A DNA stretch of 64,000 bases, from contig CM102290.1 of NCBI GenBank assembly GCA_046563655.1, forward strand, positions 4,588,001 through 4,652,000, read 5' to 3'. Positions 41,105 through 61,219 of this stretch are shown one piece after another (the stretch's first letter is position 1; each line of letters starts with the position of its first letter). This stretch comes from Yuukianura sp. NJ FZ-2021 (lineage: Eukaryota). The position numbers and the translations under genes are program-made. Below the pieces are notes generated by a model that saw nothing but the letters and a program-made list of their open reading frames with translations, was not told the DNA's origin and made no database searches.

Positions 41105-44100
41105 TGTTCCGTCCTTGATAGATGGGTCCCCCGTTCCGGGGCTCCGAAGATGTACTACCACCGCCAGTTCTAAGAACATACACAAAGAGATATCCAATTA
41201 ACGTTTCGCACATCTTCGACTCGACACCTCAGATCAGTCCGATACATGAATTCTAGAATTGGCAAAGTTAACGTACAATACGAAAAGAATTTGGACTCGA
41301 TTTAAGTGTCCAAAGCAGGTGAAAAAAAAACTTGTTCGCGGCACATACACGGAGATCAATGTAAGTTTACCTCTTACTACTTCCTTTGTTAAATCTCAAT
41401 GAGCGACTTGACTTGACTTGAGTAGGGGAGTTGAATGACCCCTTCCCCTGGCATGGCAGTGATTTGCCCGTTCGTTTTTTATGGCGTATGTAATTATTGT
41501 TGTACATCTTAAATCCTAGTGTAACTATGGAAATGAATAATAAATTGACTTACTTCTTCCAGGATTACACCATGTAACAGGTTCTTTGTTAGAATCCCTT
41601 TTGTAAAACAAAAGGAACTGCTCTTTGTTCTTGTTTTGACTGAAGGTGAAGTCAGCTGTGATGAATTCCTGAGACAGTGAAATGGAGGCAGTGACACTGA
41701 TTAGTAATTAAGTGCCCAGTAACCAATAAATTGGTTTAGCAGTGTGTAACGATGATGTTGACGAAGACATGAGAAGACCACAACTAACTTTAACAGCAGA
41801 AACACTTGGCTCCTCTTCTTGTTTTGGTTCAATTCAGATGGACAACTGTGCATGCTCCATTCCATAGATCCAAATAATACAGCCTACCATGGAGAGGCAT
41901 GTTATCCACGAATAGTTTCACAAACTGCGCACTATCCTTTCTTTACAAAAACTATCAAGAAATGCTCAGTTTATAAGTTTCATATTTCTTTTTGGTTTGT
42001 GTTCGATCTACCAAACCTTACTTCTAAACTATTTGAAAAACAATTATTGTCAGAAAACTTCGAAAATAGACTTTTATTGGCATCAAATTTGGAATTAAAA
42101 TAAAATATTATAATAAAAAAGATGAAATCGAAAACCAAACATGGCCGAACACGGAAGAATTTTAGTTTTTAAAAAATATAAACAGAGTTGGAAACAATAA
42201 ATTAAGGCCATACCACATGCGACAAAGTATTCGGTAATAGTTGTCCTATTTTGGTTTGATTTTGAACGTTTTGAGCGTCTTGCATTAAATTACAAAAAAA
42301 GCTATACTTTCTTTTAAATATAAATGAGTACTTTAAGCATTGTTGAATCGCTAAATTATGTACGTCGAGCTGATGTTCTTTCAAAGTATTGACTTTTTTT
42401 TTAGATTTCGGCTAGTTTTTGGGAGCTTTTATTATTTTAACCTTTTACATTACATGACATCTCTAATTTAAAATGTCTAAAAAAAACTTTCAAATTATGA
42501 AACGTGTTTGCGGCAAAATTATGTCTTGCTTGATTCATGTACATACAGAACAACCAAATCGAAATTGTAGAAAAATTCGTAAACGAGATGGAAAAATCAC
42601 TGCAAATAAACATTTAACTTAAACATTTTTATACACAAGTTGACCTTTAGCAAAAAAAAAAAGAAGTTTAATTGCGTATATCAGTAAAGTTTTGTTGAAA
42701 CATTCTGCTTTTCATGGTGTAAATTCCCCTCCATGGTTCGTAAGGTGGTTCACTGAGGGGTGTTGAACTTGAGGATGGAAACTGCGAACAAAGGGAAAGA
42801 AGGACCATAACAACAACAGCTGTAAACCTCCATGTGTTGACTCCAAAACTAAAAAGCACAAAGTACTTCCATGAAATGGACATGCTTGGATATTGCACTC
42901 ATCATCCAAACAACAGAAACCATTTTCGTGAAAATCCATCTTCACAAATTACATCAGTTTTATAACTGTGAAAGTCTCCAATTCCAGTAAATCCATGGTT
43001 TCAAAGGACTCCAATGACGCTCTTTCAACCCGCGCCTTTCCGCATTAACTTTCACTCCGAAATTCTCAGAAATCCGGAGTAGGGAACTACAATTGAACCC
43101 GATTCTCCGAAAATCTCGATTTTTTTTTCTGAATTTCCCCTTACACAGTATCAAAGTTTCTCAAGGAGTGGTCTTCTACGCATTTAATTTTTAGGCCTTT
43201 GTGCTTCAAAGAGCTCAAAAGTAGATCACAGGAATAGAAAAACCTAAAACGTAGCAATATTTTAAAAAGTTCAACAAATTGTCTCATCGTTCATTTTTTT
43301 TGCAAAGTCGCATTAATAATGTAACAAAGATGTTCGTTCATAATGTTATTTCCTAAGCAAAAATTAGTATCCTTCTATGTGTTACATCTTTTATTCAAGC
43401 CTATGTTATAAACTTACATCTCGGAGACGTGAATATGCGATGCAATTGAATTACCGAATGTTCTTTTGCTCAACAATAAATTATACCGAGGGTTCAGCCT
43501 TTTACAACTTCTCACGCAAACGTAATTCAGCATCTTTTTGTTAGTACTTAAGTTAGTTACCATTTTTATAACGAAGTTCCCATACTTCCTCTACTAGCAA
43601 GTCAACTTTCTTTCTCATTGTTATAATGACGCAAGTAAAAAGAATTGTGAACCATAGTGTACAAGTTCCAGGGTACTGAGAATATGATGCAACAACATGT
43701 TTTGAAGGATAACAAAAGACGAAGTTGATCTTGATCAGCAGACGAACTTTATTAATGCATGGCTGAGTGTGAGCTTATTTACCATAGTGGTTTATAGTTT
43801 GGGAAAATAGCAAATAACAAAAATTGCGTCTTTTCTTGATTTTTGATCCCATTTCACAAAAAACTTCTTCTTTTGGCGTAACAAGGCTTAATGGGCATCC
43901 AAAGTGATAAATCATGCGCACAGTTTTCAAAGGAATATTTATTATGATGATTTGCCAAATGCTTCCGGGTCCTAAAACCCCTCGTGCTAATACAATTCTT
44001 CTTTCAACGTGCTCTCACGACCATCATGGTCCAGCAATCTTATAGCCACGCGGAGACGGAATTTTTAAAAGAACAAAAAAGTTGAATCTGGGGAGAAGTG

Positions 44101-46683
44101 CTACTGCCGTAGTAATACTGTACCTTACAGCATCGCGTTTAAAATGTAATCAGAATCACAATAGAGAGTGGCGTAGAAGAAGGTATGAACTCCAACTCCT
44201 AATGCTCAAAGCTCAATTGAGCATGTTTTTCCATTTGCCAATTTATGCTTCAAGTATACATTGTACTAGTGACTACGAATGTACCGTAGTTACTGGCTAC
44301 AGTAGGTACAACAAGGAATACTTGTGCTGTTGCTTCGCAGATTCTGACTTTTAGCGCATCTCTCTCGCTCTCTTTTCATGATCTGATTTTATGGACATGT
44401 TCCGACATCTTCTTGCTCTACTGCGTTCCTAAAAAGATCAAAAGTCCTTCATATCTCTCAACTGAAGCTTAACGTTGTAACCTGACGTCGTGAGGTACTC
44501 TAAAGACTAGAGTATCTCTGAACAAGGAAAGAGGAGACATCATAAAGAGGAACTTTGGATTAGTCAGCTCCTCCACAGCATCTGGGCCCATGTAAGATGT
44601 ATTTTGTGTACGAAAACTTAGGTTTTGAACAATGTTTATGGTGGTACTCGTCCCAAAGTTGTTAGTTCATGGACAAAAAAAATGTGGAATCTGCGTGGAA
44701 AGAACGTTTGTTGGTGGTCGTGGCACAACTTGTTTTTTGGTTGAATCGTATCAAATCTCCATTTGATTTTCAATAAAAGTGGTCCGTACAAGGACTTGGA
44801 AGTAAACAAAAGATAAATGAACTCCGCAGCGTTTTCTCATCTCCTAAAGAGGTCAAAGATATTTATCACCCCTCCCTTCCCATAAGACAAAACAATCGAT
44901 ACAATTGGTTTCAAATTTTCTGTAACTTTTCCTATCAATATAAATTTCCTGGATCAACAGTTGAGCAAATCCAAGTTGGTGGAAATTCCTGTTTCGACAT
45001 AAATTTAATACTGGAGGAAGTTCTGGAAAAGCCAAATCTTAACTCTAAAAAATGGGTGCACAAAAAATAATGGAAAGTCAATCTCCAAGTGCTACTTAAG
45101 ATTTTAAGTACTGTAAAAAATTATAGTAAATATTGCGAATTAGTTTTTTTTAAATTTTTGATTTTTTTTTTCAAGGTTATGGCTCAACAGTTCACTAAGG
45201 TTAAATTGAACCGTGTTTGACGAAAGAGAGAAAGTTAATTAAATTCAACACTCAAACCCTAGGAGGGGGTTCAATGCCACCAACAAAAAATAAAAAATCC
45301 ATCAAGCAGTATGTTTAGGTTGGTGTTTTTCGTGGTGTAGTCGTTCCTGTTGTGTACCTTGTACAACTAAATTTTTTCGTTTTTTGGGGTTACGTACTGT
45401 ACTATGCCAGTTCATGTCCAGTCCTCACGACCACCGTATCAGAAGCACAGCGGCGTCATCGGCAAATGTCAACGACCACGGTGCTAGTGGTGGGTTGATG
45501 ATGAAACTTAAATGTTTTTAGTGTTGAGTAACTTTTGTTTTGGGTAGAGTCAAATTCAAACCAATTGAAAGAGACACTCTTATACATAGAAACTGCAGAA
45601 TTGACTATTACAAAGGAACCACGCTTTTTTTGCACTCCGTTAGAATGGCGCTTAAACCCACATTTTTGCAGGTTTTGGTGTCAGGATTTGATGCACATGC
45701 TCCTCACTTTGCAAATATCCCACCTACCCACTTTGCCCACTTCACCAGCGTCACCATTCAAAATTGGCTTTGACTGTACAGTGAAGCCTCTTCAAATTTG
45801 TTTTCGTGTTTTAGCAAAGGAGCTTTCCGCAACGAAGATTTCAGCGGTGGAGGTAAACAGTTTGCATTCAGAGGAATAAAAAAGAAACCGCTGCTGCATG
45901 CTGGTGACGAACTTTTGAAACAACCTGTACATGACAAGTGTTAACAAATTTCCTGTTCCTGTGCTAATTTTTGTAATTTTGCCAACTTGGTTTCTCAATT
46001 TTCCAAAAAATATGTTGGCTCTTATTCTACTATACGGTTTTGTTTGGCCATGAAGGGAAATTATGAGTACATAAGTTTAGATCAATCCGGTTTTGAGTAC
46101 ACAGAGACAAAGGAACCCGCATAGTCTATCTGCTAATTTTGCAAAACCACTTCCGGGAAGCGTAGAATTGAGGCTATCAGTTGGTGTTGGTAAAAAATCC
46201 AAAACGTTGACACAGTGTAACAATATGATTTACTGACAATGGATAGTTATAATTGGCCAAAAGTGTGATATTAGGCAGAGAGACAAAGAACTTTGCAAAA
46301 ACAACAAAACACTGTTTGTGTAAAGATTGTGAAAGTAAATGCGTAAAATGTAGGAAGTGGATGCCCTAGTCCCTTGGGGACTAAAAAACTTGGAACCCAG
46401 AAGAGAAAGTAAAGAGCTTTTCTGCTGTTTTCTACGGTTTCAGTTCTTTACATTTGTTTCGTTTGGCACGGAAAAGTGTCAAGTAATTTAAGCAGCCAGT
46501 CATTTCCAGTTAGCCTGGAAAGGCTAAATTTTTTAACAAAACGGAAAAGGCCAAGCAGGAAAAGTCAGTCTTCAATTTTTTCTTGTCCCGGAAGAATTTT
46601 CTATTTTAAATTCCAATTTTTTTGCTCCAAAATTCAATGTGACATGGAAAAAAAAGGAGAAAAAAACATGATTGCGTTATTTT

Positions 46684-54293
<7,610 letters not shown>

Positions 54294-55443
54294 TGTTCTA
54301 AAGTCGTCTGATAAACGTTGACTGCAGAAGTATCTTTGAGAACTGCAACTGCGCAATGACTTGGCTCTTCGGAATGGAAAATTGAACTGGAAGAAATGGC
54401 GTCTTTGCTGCTGCTATATCAATGGAAAATCACATTGGATGTTCTGCCGAGACCAAAAAAAGCGTTAAAATTCCCTGACGACATTGATGTGTCAAGGTAT
54501 TCCAGAACAAGTAGAAAATACCGCGAATGTCCAAATAAGAAGAGTGCAGTTACGTTATTCCTGGGATTTTGATATGCTGTTATGCTGAGTTACCTGGTTG
54601 ATGTTGTTAAGAGCTCAATTTTGGAAGATCACGGTAGTAAGGTAGTTGGTCCAGAAGGAATGGATCATGCAGGACAGAAACTGGACTTATAGGATGATAG
54701 CTTCTGATTGGTTAAAATTTGGGATGGAACGGAGGTTTAAAAAAAAGTTTCAAGGTAAGCGACTCCATTATGTAGAGGTTCATAATTCATTGAACAAGGT
54801 TACTATACAAAATCCACTTGATTACATCAGATCTAGCCTGGATTTAACTAATTTCAATCCAGGTTCAGAAGACGTTGAAACTGGTCAAACGACTTTGAGC
54901 CAGTTTCAACCATTTCTACAGAACATTCAGAGGACTGTAAATTAAAGCAACTTTGGATCCTGCAAGAGCTTCCAAATGCAGTTTCAGATTTTTATAGAAT
55001 AAAAATCCGGGATAAAAAATACTTGCAATGGGCTTGTCACATCATGTGACTCGCATGATATGCGTCCAACGTTTCTATACATTAAAGTTACGAAATGATA
55101 TGTTCGAAATTACAACATTAGCATATTGGCAAAATTTCGTCTCGATTACAAATAAGTTTTTAGTCGAAGTCTTGCTAATTGAAAATTAAAAAACTGAAAA
55201 GCATACAGATGATATCCGGTATCCAATTAAATTTAAAAAAATGAGTTCAGGTTCCTAACCGAAACCTGCCGTTTCGTGATATCCAGGCTTATATAGGAAA
55301 TGAACGAAAACATTAGCAAGATGTTTTTGCTGTAATTAGTCAAGATACTTTTTATTTCCAAGTGGAATAATATAATCAGTATCTCTTCGTCAATAGAAGT
55401 AATGCTACTCCTTAAAAAATCAGATAACTTCCCAACTGCTAAA

Positions 55444-57155
55444 TTACGTGGCTTTTGCTCGAATTGCAGCACGTTTCCCAGTGACAGCCTGAAATCCATG
55501 TTTGATACTCGCAACGGAACAGCGTGATCCACAAGCTTCGCATTGGAGGAAGAAAATCCTGGAATCTTTCTGCAGCAAGGTGTTTGGGGAACGACAAGTA
55601 TGACACGTAACGTATTCCTTAATATATCTTCGCAGAACGTTTTCAATCTGCTTCTGTTGAAAACGTCCTTTGATAATAAGCTGATTGTTGCCGTCAATGG
55701 ATCCACTCGTACCCAACTCAGAGAGAAGGAAGTCCAGCAAATGTTTCTGGGGTCGGTGAAGCCTGAAAAATTGTTCATGAAGCAAAATAAAACTGACCTA
55801 TTTTGTTTTTTCTAGTTTTAAAGTTAGTAAAATGGTATATTTACATTTTACAGATTTCCATAAAGTTGACAAAAGATGATTTCTTCGTTCCCACACGGAC
55901 CACTTGTGGAGGTCGCATAACAAATTTTTGCTTAGTTCCGGATGCCATTTCTGGATTTTTCTGCCGCATTATATCGAATACACGCAGAAGCAGTTCATCG
56001 TAGGTGTAGTCCCTATCGCTTCCACCCCATGAGTCAACTCCGGGCTCTTCGACTAATTATAAAATCAGATACAAAGTGTTACAATTAGAAATTTGATGGT
56101 TAATGTTTAGTACGCTATGAACGCTGCGTAATTATGTCGTTTGAGCATGCAAAATATTAAGTTCGATTGGGCTGTTCAAGCTGTACCGTCGTCCCATTCT
56201 TACCAAATTCTTCGATAACTAAATCCGCTGCATTAAAAGGAAACAGGAAGTACAATGAAGTTAGTGATATCAGCCCGAAGTTATCGAGACATACAGATTT
56301 AGCTCAACAATTGAAATTGGTGTACACTCCTAAACGTACCGTCAGGGGTAGCATCCTCTTCCGCTTCTTTGTCTGCATCTGCGGCTACTAAATCGTTCAA
56401 GTCCTTCCTTTTCTTCTTCTTCTTCTTTTTTTCGGCAAATTCTAAACTCATTTCATCTTCCTCTTCTGCTGCTTCTTCGGCAATTACAACCTTTTTCTTC
56501 TTCTTTTTCTTCCCGAACGACTCCAGGTCAAGGTCAACATCTTCAGCCTGATTTGTGTCTACTTGCTCATCAGCATCCCCGGACTTTGTGTCAGTTGCAT
56601 CACTCTGCAGAACGGCTTCAAAATCAAACGGCTTCTTTGGTTTCTTTTTCTTCGTTACAGCATCCGTATCCTGAAATAAGTAAATTCTTCGTTAGAAATC
56701 TGTTTAGCATTAATTAAATGTACAAATAAATGTCCTAACCGAGAACAAACTACTTCGAAGTTCTGTCAACACCATTTTGTTAGTGATGATATGAGATTGA
56801 ATCAGAACTTATACTTGCACCAATTCAATCTGCCGAAATTTTTTCCGTCTTTACAACGTAAACGCCGTTTCGTTTAAAATACTACACAATGTCCATTCGA
56901 TTCAATCATTCTAATATCTTATTGCATCATCCTTTTCCTGCGAGAATTCATAAATTAAATCTACTGGCTAGAAAACAAATCATCCTTTTTGCAAGTTCAC
57001 CAACCTACTTTTAGTCTTCTTGAAGTAGTTGTGTACTGAATTTGCTAAAGTAATTCTGAAAATCACTATACGGAATTTCGATAGGTGTTTATGAAAAGTC
57101 ACGAATCCGTTCGAAGACTTACCTTTCGAATAGATTCTGCAGCTGTTTCACTCAT
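55444..57155 (-). CDS. EIF2S2: Eukaryotic translation initiation factor 2 subunit beta
   Basis: Exons 57155-57123, 56670-56340, probable microexon 56227-56204, 56052-55845 and 55762-55444. Three poly-Lys boxes, [60 protein letters not shown]2-C2 finger CHTC...CEAC, C-terminus [11 protein letters not shown]. Confidence 0.97.
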
Positions 57156-58526
57156 GATGAATTTTGTGTTGTAAATAATCAATAAATTGATGAAATGTTA
57201 AAACCAATTGATTTTTCAATGCTAAATCTGAACAAGACCGCTGTAATCACTGCTTTAATCACCGTATGCTGTTTGCTTGTTTGTAACTTCCGGTCCGGTA
57301 CAGTTTTTTGAATTTTTGCCTTGCTTTTATAATAGGTAGTTTTTGCCTTCGGGAGTTCTGTGTGCAAAAAAAAGACGTGACAATTTTGAGAGGCCTTTGT
57401 TGACGCGCGGCTGCTTACACGGTGTGTGCCCATCTAAATAACATTCCTCGTTTAACTCACAAAATTAACTCGTCAGTGTTAGTGTACATATTTAGTTTGT
57501 TTGTTGTTTTTTTTTTTTTGTTAATTTTAAGTTAGTGATCTGGTTTTGTACAAGCCCTCCAATATTAATAAAATAAAATGGACGACAAATTGAAAGTACA
57601 TTACTTACGATGCCTTAGCTGTCTTCCAGAAATAGAACATTTCTGGAATTCGCACGAAGAAAGTAGATAACAAATCATACTCAAAGTTAGGAAGACTGAA
57701 CGGGCCTGGGCTGAAGCCAGATGCTGCGTATGCTTGTTCTTTTAGTATTACAATAGACAAATTAGCTCGTAATTATCCGGTCGCTTTTGATAGACTTTGA
57801 GTAAGCAAACCAATTGATTGCTATGCATTCGCGTAATCACCAGTACTCGTTTAGTATTATCTATCATAGATACTAGATGATCAATCGTGGCTTGAAAGTT
57901 CGAAATCCATGAATTTGTTACAAATTCAGGAGTTTCTGTGTAGGCACTTAGAACAGTTTCTGCCTTACTGCAACTAGGAATCAACCTTTTTACTAAACTT
58001 TGCTTTGCTTTTCTCCGTTCTTTCAACAAAGTAAGCCCGCCAATTCAAAACTGAATTCTTCACATTATGTTTATTGCACGACGAAAAAAATTACACTAAA
58101 AAGCATGAAGACAGGAAAAGAAACGTTCAAAACTGTTATCTAATTTGCTTTGGCTTAACTGGATTCATAAAGTGTACAATAACAGTGAATTCATCACATA
58201 ATGTTGTCGCATGAAAACAGAGATGAAGAGGATGAAGGAACGCGTAGTTGTAATCTAACTCCTAAATATTAATTCCACAAAACTGAAAAACAAAGGGGTA
58301 AGTGAAATGTAATTGAAACGAAAGTCAATGTGTTTATTATGTCACCAACTATTTGCATTTGCAAACCATTCTAAACCCGTTATATCACTCGATAGTCACA
58401 CGATCATTTGCCAGTCTTTTAGTCTTACCTTCCAAAACAATGGATCAATATGAAGTAATGAAGTAAACCTGTCAATTTTCAATTTCAGGCTTATATGGAC
58501 CGATGTCATAGGCTCAATCCAGTACT

Positions 58527-61219
58527 ATGGTTCATAAATGTTGCATATCATCGTGCGGAATGAGTGTTCGGGTAACCGGATGTAAAGGGCTCTCCTTTCA
58601 CACATTTCCAGTCAAAGAACCGAATCGCGAAAAATGGTTGCAAGCAGTACTGCCACATGTGGACAAGCCCGAGATGTTCAGAATTGTACAAGGATATACA
58701 AGGATTTGTTCGAGGCATTTTAAAAAGAAGGACTATTCATTAGATTCCAGGAAAAGAGCCCGACTTAGCTCCAGTTAGTTGATTTTTTTAAGTTGGTAAA
58801 AGGTGAAAATGCTTTTTATACATGACTTTGAATTTTGATAGATGCAGTACCTTCAGGGTTTCCTGGAAGGGATATCAAAGATGCAATCCAACCGATTCGG
58901 TTAGAGAAAACAAAAGCTGAGCGTGGTGACAATTCAACCAAGAATTCTGTCGTGACCATCTGTCGTGTAGAGAAACATCCATCCCGAGCAGTGTTAGCGG
59001 AACCAACGCTGCCTGGCGAGAAGGAGGTTATACCGACGACAAGTAACCAAACCATAGGAGCTACCGAGGACCAACAATCGCAGCAAGTGTCGGAAGACGA
59101 TACAGCCTCCTCAACATTTTCCAGCCAGGAAGAATGTGGTATCAGCCGTCACCATACAAATACAAAACGTAAATCACCTGATAAAATAAGAAAACGCAGA
59201 AGACACCGTGTTTCAATGCCAGTCCCGTTAAGTTCGTCCAAGAAAAGATCCTCCGTAACAGAGGACTTAAATATCGAAGGGGTAGGAGACGCATTGGCAG
59301 AAATTAATCTTTCAGCGTTTATGTCGAAGTCTTCAGATCTGATACGTGGCAGTCCAAACGATCCCCAACTTGGAAAGTCTCCTCCTTTTCAAACAATCAA
59401 AGTGGAACCACTTTTTCTACGACCTTTAGAACCAGCCGTGAAACCAAAATCCCATGTTAGCAACTCCACTACTCCTATATTACGGCCAAAGCTGAACGAA
59501 GGAACATTTCTCGGTACTTCCAGCCCGAAGAAAGAATGTTTGGCACAAGCAAATTTCGAGCATGACCTGCTGATGTCTATCCATGCTGTGAGCATTGGAG
59601 CCAATGAAACACCAGATCCACAGTCCCCACGTAGCGCAACTCCGACTCGAGAGGTGGATTCTGTGTCGCTGAACAACTTTTTGTCATCCACGGATGACGA
59701 TGATTCTTTTGTTTCAAGTCATCTTCAAGATCTTTATGCTGACTTGGTCAACGGTGGAGCCAGTCTCTCTCTTGAAGATTCTACGGCAACTATATTTGAT
59801 AGTCAACTTTTAATTGACGCTCTTCAGGGTGTTGCAGAAGACTTAGCAGGAGATGCAAGCATAGATCAATTGGCTCGTAATCTTGATGACTCCTTCCTTA
59901 ATGATGCCTTAGCGCCGCCTTCAATTTTAGGAATTGATGATATTCCAATATCGAATCTTGTTTCTTTCACGTCAGCGCTGCCGGATCTCGACAGTAAAGC
60001 TTTTGACGCAACAACTCTACTGCAATCCATCAATAGCAATGAATGTCCTAGTGATGGGAAGGCGGAAGCAGGTACGACCAATCTATATCCTCATATTTTT
60101 GTAACTTAGTGTAACACAGTACGTATGTACTTAGTTTGTTAATCAAATCCTTTCGACTTGTGTTTTGTGTTAGTACCTACCACGTCAGGCGTCAAATCCA
60201 TTTCTGATCCAGACTCTTCGCAGAAACGCATTACTGAAGAATCCGAGTCCTCTCCCGAATTTGACGAACAAGTAACTCCAACCCGTTCTCGCAAGAAATT
60301 AAGCCAGAGAGAGAAAGCAGCAGGGAGCTTCTCGGTGGAAAGGTTTCGTGATTCTGACAAAGATATTGAATACTATACAGGATTTCAAACGTTTGAAAAA
60401 TTTAACTCTTTTTTCTCATCAATCGAATCCTACGCTGAGAATTTGAAGGTTACGGATATGGTGTACGGTGTGGCAAATTTGGGACTTAATGTATCTCCAG
60501 AGGGGTCGGCGCCAGTAACAGGCGATGCGGCTCTAGACGTTGCCGTCGAAAATATTTCAAGTGCTAACCAAGAACCAAAACGTCGCTTGAGTCAAGGAAG
60601 ATCAATGTCAAGAATGGACGAAATGTTCATGACTATTATAAGACTACGTCGGAAAATCCCCGAGAAAGTTGTTGGTCACATGTTCTGCATATCTCAGCCA
60701 TCGGTGTCCCGAATTATTCGTGCCTGGACAATGTTATTGTCCAGAATACTTTCGTTGGGAAATGAAGGAAAATGTACAGCGTCTAAAACAAATAAGCGGG
60801 ATTATCTCCCCGGAAGCATCGAAAATACCGCCGACGCATCAAGTTCCATGGCCACCACCGAATCTCCGAATCAGAGTCACATCAAAACTGATGATATTCC
60901 AGCCTCATTTCGACATCTTTTTCAAAGTGAATTAGCACAGAGCATCATATCCAGCGGAACTGTGACTTTGAATTCGAGAAAAACTTGTAGTTCGACGAAG
61001 TGTCCAAATACCTCACGGTCCAAGCGTCCTAAGAAAGAGAAGGTAGCTGTTGCCGTGAGTGCAGACGTAGTACCGCCTTCATTGTCGTCCCAAGACGTGC
61101 CCATTGTCAACGATAAATTTAGCACCATCTTAATACCACCTTCCATCGAATCTGAAGCGGGTAACGAAGGAAGACATACAGATTCAGAAGTTGTTGCTCC
61201 TGTTGACAGCATCATGTGA
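58527..61219 (+). CDS. THAP zinc-finger protein with a C-terminal PIF/Harbinger/ISL2EU-transposase-type HTH and no DDE domain (~840 aa, 3 coding exons)
   Basis: Phase-1 spliced exons 58527-58773, 58842-60071 and 60174-61219. THAP signature MVHKCCISSC...SFHTFP...REKWLQAV...RICSRHF...NAVP. Exon 3 has DIEYYTGF...DEMFMTIIRLRR...VGHMFCISQPSVSRIIRAW, typical of the HTH region that precedes DDE_Tnp_4 transposase domains. Confidence 0.85.

Noticed and set aside
42668..46000. Several short ORFs between YPEL and HPD
   Set aside because: No motifs and no phase-consistent exon chain found; consistent with chance ORFs or unrecognisable TE decay.
54646..54945. 99-aa plus-strand ORF between HPD and eIF2-beta
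   Set aside because: No recognisable domain and no consistent splice structure; it lies in the HPD upstream region.
56795..56935. Possible C/D-box snoRNA in eIF2-beta intron 1
   Set aside because: The C box is imperfect, the terminal stem is weak, and no rRNA-complementary guide could be identified by eye.
57748..58029. 93-aa minus-strand ORF upstream of the THAP gene
   Set aside because: Non-ATG start and no recognisable motif; probably within the THAP gene 5' intron or the shared promoter region.
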